From the NCBI RefSeq assembly GCF_021869535.1, contig NW_026262615.1, positions 9,610,001 to 9,674,000 of the forward strand: DNA of 64,000 bases, read 5' to 3'. The stretch is from Mytilus californianus. Its lineage: Eukaryota. Position numbers and translations under genes: made by a program. The notes beneath the pieces were generated by a model. That model was not told where the DNA came from. It did no database searches and saw only the letters and a list, made by a program, of their open reading frames with translations. Shown here one piece after another: positions 26,211 to 37,634 of this stretch; positions within the stretch are counted from its first letter, which is position 1, and each line of letters begins with the position of its first letter.

Positions 26211-29200
26211 CTGTAACATATATGTTATTAAAGTTAATTTTAGTCATGAATGATGTTGAAGACTTATATTATAAAAAAATATAAAGCATTAAACAGTTTC
26301 TTTTTTTTGGCCACCGCTTTAGCATCCATTTGTCTCACATTTTGTGACATTCGTCATATGTATGACAAAAACAATAAAAAGGAAGCTACAAACACTGAAA
26401 ACGTCTCTTTATTTTAGTCAATAACGGGGTTCAATAATTCCCGTAATATTCAAATCTACATTAAGATGATTAAAGTATCTAAATAAAAATTAAACTTTAT
26501 TTTTTATAAACACAGCAAATTGAACCTGTTTGCACCGACATGACATTCTTAACCAGAACCAATTTAATTGTATCTTAAAGGCATACTGTTATATAATACA
26601 AGTAAAGCTTTAATTTCAACAGAATTTTGGTTTTGGTAAACATGTCATTCTTATCATGTGGAAATACTGTATTACAACCTACGAACATTGGTAACTTTAG
26701 TAAAAAGAGAAAAGCATAGCCTTTGTGAAAAATAAATATAAAAAGTATTGACTCTTTGTAGACTGACAGATTACAATGCATTAAGTAGTTGTTTCAGATG
26801 TTCCTGTTGCAACAAATATACTTCAGCTCATATGGATCAATCATTTCCTGTTGTCCATTGAGAAGACATTTCATTTCCTTTTTATTATTTATATCATTTG
26901 AGTAACAATACCCTTTGAAAAGAAAACAAGAGGCTATGAAGGGTCCGCGTCGCTCATCTGGATTTTTGTGCACCTTTAACAACGGTTACTTTCCAACAAT
27001 GTATAATTGAATATAGTTCCGGTCACATATCTGTTTTTGTTTATCGTTATACTGATCATTTTTCTGTTTACTTTCTATCTACTTTAGTGTTGCCAAAATT
27101 ACACAATGATGAGTAAAATTCATTATTCAAGGGCAATAACTCCTTACAGGAGATTAGTGAAAATTTCGTCTGTGCTGATCAGTCTTGCAGGTCATTGTTC
27201 CTGCAAACTGTTTCGCTGTATCTTCTGTAGGTTTAGCCAAAAACAAAAAGAAGGGTAGCATTAATAAGGAGTCAACTCACAACATGTCGCTTTGCTGACT
27301 CTTTTTGAGATCTTGTATTGCTCATTATTTTTTGTCATATTTCAGCCGCTATCTATTCAATATCCTTTTTTTAAGGCAACAACGAACTATAATAAGAAGT
27401 AGAATGACAATTGCAGCTTTTCGACACAAATACGTAGATCTAAACCTGCTAATCAGTTTTGATCTTTAAAGTTTGTCTCTACCTTTTATAATTTTGAAGA
27501 GTATTGGCAAAAAAAAATTAAAATTGTGAAAATTGTCATTTAAGGGAAATAACTCCTGTAGTAAGTCGTTTGACATTTTTTATCAAATGTGTTGATTTTG
27601 ACATTCTGAATTTTTTTCTGCTGTCAGATTGTCTTTACCTATATTTATTTTTAAAATACTAGACAATACCTAGGCATTTTAACTCTTTGTTGGTTTTTGT
27701 AGCCTTGAAGGCCATGTTGGTTAACCATCGGAATCATGGGAAAAATTTTGTAAACTAGATACAAAAAGGATGATTGTTGCTGCTTTGTTCAATTTGGCTC
27801 CGTAGTTTAAAGGAAGAAGATTTTCCGCAAAGTTTACAAACTACGACGACGGACGACAACGCGGAAGATAAGTGATGGCAAAAGCTCACAATGACCTTTT
27901 GGGTCAAGTGAGCAAAATGGCTTTTGTTTTTAATGTTTTTATAGAATTGTATGTTAATTAATTTCGGCGGGAAGGTGAAAAACCAATCCATATGAAATGT
28001 AGTGTACTATGTGATAAATGTAAGTGAACAGTGAAGTAAAACAGAGAACACGCCTCTTTAATCATTTGTCCTACAAACCTTAAACTCTAATGACTCCTTG
28101 AATTCCAACATGTGTAATAATTCTGGATTTTCCATTTCCAGTAACATTCCAGTGATCTTTCCAGCCAGGTTTGGGTACATACTTTGGATCAGAGGGAACA
28201 AACGTTCTCCTAATATCTGTTTCTGTTCCTGTTGGGGGACGTCGGCAAACATTTCAACAGTCAGGGGACCCTGAAAATTGTAAGAATTGCTAGTTCTCAT
28301 TTCTTTTCATAAACATTTTATTTCTATTTTTCACTAAGTTCAAAACTGAAACTTAACTGTTCCTTCTTGAGAAACGCCAATACTTTATTCAATGTTGTTT
28401 ATAATTTTATTTTCACGGCTTTATCAATTTTCAAAAGAAGTAATAAATATAAAAATAATCATACTAAAATCAAAAGAAGAATATTATCCAATGACCGCAT
28501 TCTTTCCTGTACAAATGCAGTCGATGAGAGGTGGGAAACATGACAAATGAATGTATTTAATCATCCAGCACCTCTCGACCCGTTGCATTACCTCCATTAA
28601 ATATATTGAATTAAGAATCGATCTTCAATCAGATTGTCACTTAGAAAGAGTTCTTCAGTTGTACCCAGAAAAAAAAACTTACCAATCCTTATATGTACCT
28701 ACCTGGGTTTCTTTTGTTTGATGAACGTGCAGTAAACCAACGGCTTCTCGTACCTATGAAATATATCTATTTAAAGTTAATTTTGGTGTATAGAAAAATA
28801 CACTGAACCATGAAAAGTAGGATAACGAATACATCTGCTTTATGATATAAAGTATCGAGGTTTGTCCTTGTTTGACAACTGAAGCTTTATACAAAGAGTG
28901 TTTTGCCATTGCATTAGCATATCTATGTCTACCTTTCGTCACAGGCAAGATAAAACCATGAGAATACAGGTACAAACACTCAAAAAGTTTCCTCGTTTTA
29001 CATATAGTCACTGACGGAGTTCTATTTTTTTTTTAAATTTTCTTATCTCCATTATATTATCTGGATAAAAGCTATAAAACAATTTTCAAAAAAATGCTGT
29101 AAATTTTACACGTTTTACCAAAGGGCATCCTTGACCAGAAGAAATTACATGGCATCGTGAAGACACAATTTTCTGGCAATACATGAAAAGCTTTACTTGA

Positions 29201-32200
29201 TAAAAATATCATTCTTATTTTGTTGGTAAAATGAACAAAAATCTTTGAAAATTGCAAATTTGAGCATTTATTGTGTGGTAAAATGGTCACGAATAGGCAC
29301 TTATATTGTCAAAAATTGCAAGTATGCATAATTAAAGTGGGATACTGTGTATTTTTTAGCAAACGGAAAACCTTAGCCTTGGTGTAAAATAAATTTTTAA
29401 TATCTGACCGGAATAACAAGTATATTAAAGTGCATGTGTTAGTTGTTTTAGATATTCTTGTTTCACAAAATTTAGCTACCATTCATCAACATGGATGTGC
29501 AATTTCCTGTTGTCCATGATAGGAGAGACACTACATTTCTTCTTAATTATTTAAAACAATTGAATAAAACGAGTGGTTCTAAAGAGTCGCTCAATTGGAT
29601 CTATGTGCCTCTTCAACAACGGTCACTTTACAACATTGTATATAATTCCGTTTTTTTTTTCTTTTTTTCAACTTGTAATACTGAAAATGTCTTTTGTGTT
29701 TCTCTCTACCTACAACTCTTAATCTTATCTATGGTTAGAAAATTGGCAATTAGGGCACTAATTCCTATCTTAAAATTTGGTCAAACGACAATATGTAGAT
29801 CTTGACTTTCTTAGCCTTTTGCCATGTCAGATTATTTCTACATGCATTATGGTTTTCACAATCCTAAAAAATATTTGCATATTACCCCTTGTTTATTTTA
29901 TCCTTGGCGAACATGTTTGTTGGATCATTGGTATCATCTTAAAACTATATACCCCAAGGATAATTTGGCTGTTGGTTCATTTGGCCAAATAATTTCAGAT
30001 GAAAAGATTTCCGAAAAAATCACAGATATCGACGTTGAATGGCAACGACGGACGTCATGACATAAACTCAAACTCAAAAAGTAAGAACAAACTATTGTGT
30101 TCATTGTTTTTATAACATGTTACGTTAATTAATTTCTCTGGGAAGGTGGAAAACGCAAAATCCATCTGAATAATAGTGTGCATGTATCATATGATAATAA
30201 GTGTTTAGTGAAGTTAAAAAAAAGAGTACATTAACACTCCCATTTAATCATGTGTTCTACAAACCTTAGACTCTAGTGAATCCTTAAATTCCAGCATGTG
30301 TAATAATTCTGGATTTTCCATTTCCAGTAACATTCCAGTGATCTTTCTAGCCAAGTCAGGGTGCAGACTTTGGATCAAAGGGAACAAACGTTCTCCTAAC
30401 ATCTGTTTCTGTTCCTGTTCAGGTGCGTCGGCCAACATGGTGGCAGTCAGAGGCTCCTGTCTTATGACTTTAATCATTTGTCTCTGGGCCTGAGGCTTAA
30501 ACATAATTATGTTTGCGTTTATGCTGACGGTCATTAGGCAATACAATTATGAAGTATGTATGGGACACCATATCGTGCTGTCATGCATCGACAATGAAGA
30601 CATTTTTTGTTTATTCTTAACGCTGAACATAAGTTGTGTAATTGTTAGACTTTCTCGTATGCAACGTGTTTATCCAAATCTCATTTCTAATTTTCACTTA
30701 GTGCAAATCTGAAACTTTACTGTTCCTCCTTGAAGTTCTCAAAATACCTTTAGTGTTTTTTTGTTGTTGTTTTTTAATTACCAAAGCTTCATCAATTTTG
30801 AAAACGAGTTAATTATACTAAAATCAAAAGAAAAATATGATTCAATAACCTTATTCTTTCGATTACAGATGCAGTCGAAGATCAAAGGTAGAAAACATGG
30901 CCAATGAATGTATTCAACCATTTCACACCTATCGACGAGCCGATGCACTACCTGCACTTTTTAAGATATGGAATGGGGGATCAATTTGTAATCCGATTGT
31001 TCATGTTGTTACTTAGAAAGAGACCTTCTGTTGTCCCCAGAAGAAAAAAACTTACCAATACCGATCTGTACCTACCTGGGTTTCTTTTGTTTGATGATCG
31101 TGCAGTAAACCAACGGCTTCTCGTACCTATGAAATATATATAAATGAAATGATTTGGTCATAAATGAATTTGTTGAATTTTCATACAAACATGCAGCAAC
31201 ATAATATGCATATCAAGAATGCTGCAAATTGTACATGTTTGTACCAAAGGGCATCCTTGACCTGAACAAATTATACTGTATCTTAAAAGCACAATTTTCC
31301 GGCAAGTAAAGCTTTACTTATAACAGAAATATAATTTTGATAAATATCATTCCGATTTTTTTTTTTGTGAAAATTTCGAAAAACTACAAAAATGACAAAT
31401 TTAGGCTATTTTTGTGTGGCTAAATGATCAGTAAAAGGCAAAAAAATTGTCTGAAAGTGCAAGTATGTATAATGAAAGGGAGTAACAGTGAATTTTAGTA
31501 AAGGAAGAACAGCTTAGACTTTGTTGGAAATAAATTCTTAAATAATTGACTCTACTTCATAGTACTGACAATAATATTAAAATTCAATTAGTAGTTGTTT
31601 CAAATGTTCCTGTTTCAACAAACATATGTACACTTTACCTCAAATAGATGTGCAATTTCCTGTTGTCCATGATAGGAGGGGATATTTCATTTCTCCTTTA
31701 TTATTAATAACAACTAAATTTACAATACCTTTGGAAAATAAAACAAGTGGTTTTAAAGAGTCGCTCAATTGGATCTATGTGCCTCTTCAACAACGGTCAC
31801 TTTACCACATTGCAGACTAGCATATATTTCATTTTTATCTTCATTTTCAACTTGATATACTAAAAATGTATTTTGTGTTTCTCTCTATCTACAATTCTTA
31901 TCTTATCTATGTTTAAACAATTGTCAATTAGGGCAGTTATTCCTATCTTACAATTTAGAACGAAACGACAATATGTAGATCTTGACTTTCTTAGCCTTTT
32001 GCCATGTCAGATTTTCTCTTATAGTTTTCCAAATAGTAGACAATACTTGCATTTGAGCCTTTTTGTTATATATTTATCCTTAGTGGTCATGTTAGTTGGG
32101 TAGCGGGATCATGTGACACATTTGTTAACTAGATAACCCAAGGAAAATTGTGGCTGTTGGTTCTTTTGGCCAAATAGTTTAAGAGGAGAAGATTTTTGAC

Positions 32201-32577
32201 GATTAGCCAAGACAACAACTCACACTGGCCCTTATGACAAAGTGGGCAAACAATATATTTGAGAAGGTGTAAAAAGCAAAATCAATCAGAATTGTAGTGT
32301 ACATGTATCAAATAAATAATCAAACTAAGCGTTTACAGGAATAAAACATAGATTGCCGTTACTCTACCCTTTAATAATTTTTACTACTAACTTGAGCCTC
32401 TAGAGATTCCTTGGATTCAAACATGTGTAACAATGATGAATTGTCGTTTTTCAGTAACATTCGAGTGATCTTTCCAGCCAGGTCAGGGTACATACTTTGG
32501 ACAAGAGGGAACAGATCTTCTCCTAATATATGTTCCTGTTGTGGTGCGTCAGCCACCATGGTAATAGTCAGATATGG
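26133..32577 (-). CDS. Triple-MLLE (PABC) domain module, six exons, no RRM exons; 256 aa if initiated at ATG 32559
   Basis: join(32577 or 32559..32392, 31126..31076, 30495..30265, 28753..28703, 28270..28079, 26210..26133). Every exon is open, every junction is GT/AG and phase 0. Each MLLE carries GE.LFPL.QS..P.LA.KIT.MLL followed by a V.EAV..L..HQ.KE helix exon. Confidence 0.8.
26926..27917 (+). mobile_element. Decayed Helentron/HINE-like element inside the MLLE intron
   Basis: Starts acaagagg..cgctcatctg, contains aagggcaataactcc, ends gacgacggacgac..aagctcacaatgaccttttgggtcaagtgagcaaaa; same architecture as 37635-39397. Related copies at about 29568-30080, 31743-32250 and 61560-62862. Confidence 0.65.
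28079..28270 (-). CDS. MLLE exon 3 (64 codons), [64 protein letters not shown]
   Basis: caattttcag acceptor and AAG|gtttgt donor; KITGMLLE signature intact. Confidence 0.9.
28703..28753 (-). CDS. Internal helix-5 exon, [17 protein letters not shown]
   Basis: tttcatag acceptor, CAG|gtaggt donor, 51 nt, phase 0/0. Confidence 0.85.
30265..30495 (-). CDS. MLLE exon 2 (77 codons), [77 protein letters not shown]
   Basis: Same 231-nt length as PABP exon 10; atgtttaag acceptor and AAG|gtttgt donor. Confidence 0.88.
31076..31126 (-). CDS. Internal helix-5 exon, [17 protein letters not shown]
   Basis: tttcatag acceptor, CAG|gtaggt donor; one nucleotide different from 28703-28753. Confidence 0.85.
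32392..32577 (-). CDS. Degenerate MLLE exon 1, (PYLTIT)[56 protein letters not shown]
   Basis: Open frame; CAA|gttagt phase-0 donor; candidate acceptor ttttcatccctaag at 32578 and ATG in ACCATGG context at 32559; two-codon deletion and KITRMLLK instead of KITGMLLE. Confidence 0.7.
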
Positions 32578-33299
32578 CTTAGGGATGAAAATCTCAACAA
32601 TTTACATATTTTGGAACATGATCGAATGATCGAGATAGAGATGATCCCATTAGACTCCCCCTATAGATCATTCTATGCGTTTTGATATGACACACAAGAA
32701 CATATCGTTTATCTTATGAACCTCGATCCTTTACTAGATAGTTTAACATTTCCAAATTGAATAGAGTGGAGATGACCCCAAGACCACTCAACATGTATAT
32801 TATTCAATTCATTTTGACATGTCAAACAAGAAAATATATGGCGTAGGTTTTTTAATCTTAACCATTTTTTTAAGATATTGATACATCAAGAACCGGAGGT
32901 GCTTTGGAAGGGGAAGTAGATCCTGCTTTACATTGATTTACGAGATTTGAACATCGGTAAACTTCTGTCGCCGTTATTTATGAATATCTGTTCAGACAAT
33001 TCAGTATGTTGTTGGTTTTACAGGTAAATTACAGCTACTAAACAGTCTTAACAAAGATTGAGCATGTCTAAATTGACTGCAAGCAATCGCGAATTGTCCT
33101 AACTCTACTAAATTCACCGCAGAAGAAAAGTCTGATAAGTGTCTTAAAAACTGACATATTACTTACAGATTTTTTTCTCAGTCTTTTAAGATCTGTTCAG
33201 ATCAAAATTACTTTTTTAGTTCAAAACTGGTTTACAAGTGTGAGAATCAGTTAGCGTCACTTGAAAAATATATTCACTAAATTACAAGAATTTCTTAGG

Positions 33300-34030
33300 G
33301 TAAGTCCTTCAACAATGAGCAAACCCCATTACGCATAGAGAGCTATAAAAAGGCCCCGAAATGACAAATGAATAACAATTCAAACGAGAAAACTAACGGC
33401 CTGATTTATGTACAAAACAACAAACGAAAAACAAATATGATAAACAGCAACAAACAACAACCACTAAATATCAGGCTCCTGGCTTGGGACAGGCAAAAAC
33501 AGAATGTCGCGGGGTTAAAATAGTTTGATGGCGCAAGATCCCCCCCCCCCCTCTAACCTGGGACAGTGGTGTTACAGTAAAACATAAGAACATAGTACTA
33601 TAAAAAGCAGTTGAAAGGGCTCAAGTCATCAGATCGCTACAAAGCATAAACATCTAAAAAAACAACACAAACCGGACGTGGCAAGGTATTTATACAAAAA
33701 AGACACTTAAACAGTTCTGAGAGTACTAGCGGTTTTGACAGCTATTGCAAGGCCAAAAACAACTAATGCCTGAAGTTCAGTGGTTGTCGTTGGTTCATGT
33801 CTGTCAAATGTGTTTTTCGTTAATTGTTTTGTTATAAATTAGGCCGTTAGTTTTCCCAACTGAATGTTTTATATTTGTCATGTCGGGGCCTTTTATAGCC
33901 GACTATACGGAATGGGTTTTTCTCATTATCGAAGTTCGTTCAGTTGCCTATAATTGCATACATCCACTTCATTTGATCTCAGGTGGATAGTTGTCTCATT
34001 GGCAATCAAACATCATCTCCTTATTTTTAT
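33300..34030. repeat. Inverted pair of family A fragments
   Basis: gccccgaaatgacaaa..aaaactaacggcctgatttat (33345-33410) mirrored by ataaattaggccgttagtttt..tttgtcatgtcggggcc (33834-33890). Confidence 0.7.
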
Positions 34031-36689
34031 AATACAAAAATCATGTATCTGAGATTACTATGTTCGTCAACCTTCTTGAATAGATCAAGAATTTATGTCA
34101 CTTGAAATCAAATATATATACTGTCCTGTATATGAGCATAAAAATTAATCCTATTTCAAACTATTTTCATTCTTTATAGACATTAAAGGCTGAATAAGAT
34201 CATGATGATATGTTTGGTAAATACAAATATTTACAAATTTTTAATAGTTTTAATTAATTACTCGTCAATAAATTATTTAAATTTAACCAATTACTTTACG
34301 CAGTATTGTGTAATTGTAAACGAAATCTAATGTATGTTATTTTAAATGTAATTATAATTCAATTAATCACATTTCAAAGCAAATGTCCCTAGATCTAATT
34401 GAAACTTAAGTTGGAATAAAGAGTTGGTTTTTTTTTCTTTTAGTAATTTGTAAATTATTTCCATTATGCTTAATTGTTGGTTTTGTTCTTTTAACTGAGC
34501 TGTAAAACATGCAAAATGTGGCTATCTCAATTCATAATATATATCTTCTTTCACATTTATAATTCTCTGAAGTTTTACGAATTTTTAGTTTAAGGATAAG
34601 GTTTGAAAAAACAGGCGGAAGATAAAATGGGGACTTTCAAAACTCATAAGTCGAGACAATGCATGCCAAATAATCGAAAGATGACTAAAAGACAAACAAG
34701 TTCACAAATTCTAAAGCTTTAAAACTATACTAAACGAACCCCGCCAAAACACTAGAGTAATCTCAGGTGTAAGAAAAGGGTTAGCAAATCCTGCTCCAAT
34801 AGTGGAACCCGTCTTGTATCTCATGGTAGGTAAAATTCGTGAACGCGATTGATAGATTGAATGAATGAATGAATAGTGCTAACCTCATCGCTCAAAACTG
34901 ACACTATACAAGTAAATATTAATATACAAACCTTATTGCCAGGTAGTAAAACCCTATACAGTTATAATCTTTATAAACGTTTTTAGTGTTTCCGAATCCC
35001 TTTATTTCTGTTGTATATTCATCATCTGCATGATCTGTGCACTTTAAAAAATGTTTAAATTTAATCTTATCTTTATAAAATTACAATGATTATCTATGAT
35101 AATAATCAAACATAGTGTGAGCCAGCACAGTTAATGTTATTTTAAACCAGCTATATATAGAGCTTAACTAATACAAATAAGTATTATTGTACAGGAAAGA
35201 AAACCTATAAAAACAAATGTTTATACCTTCATTGTCCTTCAAAAGCAATACAGTTGCTTATTTTCATAAGAAATGTATTACTTTACAAGGATGAAAATCT
35301 GTTCTATTTATTTATTTTAAATGCTTTAAAAATTGTTACGAATGTGAAATGATAATATGCATATGTATTAACTAATTCAAGCCCTTGAATAATATTAGTA
35401 TTTAACACTACCGGGTAGAGAAGACAATGTTAATATAGAGAATCAGAATTACTTGAGAAAAAAATGATGAGGTCTTTAGATATTTGAAAATGACGAAGTT
35501 GACAACAACCTAGTTAACCTAATGTCTATACTATATGCAAGGATGGACTATGAGTGTCTCAACCCATTAGCAACATGTTTTTGCGGTGTTTGATTTTTCG
35601 ATACCAATATAGTCGGCTGATCCGTAATTCTACCGAAAAAAAAACTACTGTAGCCTTCATTTATGCACGTGTCAAAATGTGTGAATTTTATTTTTTATAT
35701 CCAATAACTCCTAAATCTCTCTTGTCCAATTTTATTAGTTATTACAACAGCCCTTATACAACTATGTAGCGATACTGGCAGAGGTTAAAGTTTCAGAAAA
35801 AAAGGATTTACTTTATATTAAGTTATTGTCATACAATCACTGCTTGGGGTCTTCGAAAGAGCACATTCATCATGTTGATAAATCAATAAGTTTATATCAC
35901 ATTCAATTTCCAGATTTGGCAAATAACTTGGAGGCTTAATAAACAAACAAAAACATTTTGACTCGACTTGTCATATTTGAATTATTTTCATTTGTAAGGG
36001 GGAACACAGCGTTTCAATATTTTCACTTTCAAAAGCACAAGGAACTGAAAATTGTCAATGATAAATCAGATCCAAATGCTGGTTACAAGAACAATGTCTT
36101 ATCTTTTGACAACTTGCATAGGACATCAAACTGTGTATTTGCTTGACATGTCCCGAGTGTTCAAATATGTCATTATGTTTTGTTTTTTTCTTGTAAGACA
36201 ACGGTTTAGTTTTCCATCTCATGGTGTTCTATTTGTAGATTGAGGTCAGTGTGTTTCTGTTGTGCTTTAAGGAGGGTAACAGGGACTCAGATTGTGTGAC
36301 ACACTTTGAACAGGCTAATGTTAATTCAACGTTTATATAATTAGAGCCACTATCATATTTAAGTTTGGTAGAAGAAAGTATGATGTCGGCAAACAAGCAT
36401 GTCAATAAAAAAATATTTGATTTTAATACTAGAATTAGAATTATAAGGTCTAGTTATCACAGATACCACCCGTTTGTAGACAAACTCTTTAACGGTCATT
36501 CCGAAACCCAAATTCAAATTGAATGTTACCTGTGTTTTATATTTCGTTATCTTGAATTAAAATGTAAAAAGAATGTACACGCTAAAATGTTTCGTCTGCT
36601 TTAATTATCATGATTTAACTGAAAGTCTGAAAATTTTGAAGGTTTTACAGTATCACATAAACTTAACATCAATGATCCATGTAAAAAGT

Positions 36690-37300
36690 TAAATCACAAA
36701 AATACTGAACTTCGAGGAAAATTCAAAACGGAAAGTCCCTAATCAAATGGCAAAATCAAAAGCACAAACACATCAAATGAATGGACAACAACTGTCATAT
36801 TCCTGACTTGGTACAGGCATTTTCTTATGTAGAAAATGGAACAGATACCGATATCAACAATTGGGAGGCTGAAATCATCTCTTTTGTCGTAAAGTTTTGT
36901 TTTCAACCGACCCTCATAGTCAATTTCTAGATATAAGTCCTAATCAAATGGCATAATCAAAAGCTCAAACACATCAAACGAGTGGATTCGTCTGTCATAT
37001 TTCTGACTTGGTACAGGCATTTTCTCATGTAGTAAATTGTAGTGGATTGAACCTGGTTTTATAGCGCTAAACCTCTGACTTATAATTATTACTGTCGCAT
37101 CAAATTCCATTATATTGACAACGATACGTGAATAAAACAAACAGACATAATAGGTAAAAATGTCAAAATAGAGGTACAGCAGTCAACACCGTGTCACAAT
37201 CTTAATCACAACAAAAACAAACAAATATTTAAAAAAGAAGCACAAAAAAGCATATATTACATTTAACAACCTCATTCATTGCTTACTTATTTTTGTATTT
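36690..37300 (-). repeat. Two adjacent family B copies
   Basis: ctgtcatattcctgacttggtacaggcattttc at 36793 and 36992. Confidence 0.75.
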
Positions 37301-37634
37301 CATTTATGTATGCCAAATCAACCCATAAAGGATCGAGGGATTTTGAGCACTGGGACCGAATCGTTTTTCTAACATTTACTCTGGCGTAGAATCGCGTGTT
37401 TGACGTCAGAATGTAAACAATAAATGAGATCAAGAGCAGCGGAACCTCAGCAGACATGAACACCTTAAAAGTGCCTAATGACCCATGAAAATGAGTTCGA
37501 GGTCAGATGAAGCCTGCAAGATGGACAAGTACACCTTACAACCATACCATACACCAAATATAGTAAACCTGTTGATAATGACATCTGAGAAACAAACCTT
37601 AGTACGAAAAATTAACATTGACCAATCAATTATG

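Noticed and set aside
31051-31056. Stronger-looking gtaagt donor 20 nt downstream of the helix-5 exon end
   Set aside because: It would give phase 2 and break the frame with the next MLLE exon; the CAG|gtaggt donor is conserved at the same position in all three internal copies.
30296-32629. Plus-strand ORFs 30296-30493 and 32411-32629 (also 51204-51386, 59389-59574)
   Set aside because: Antisense shadows of the MLLE/RRM exons.
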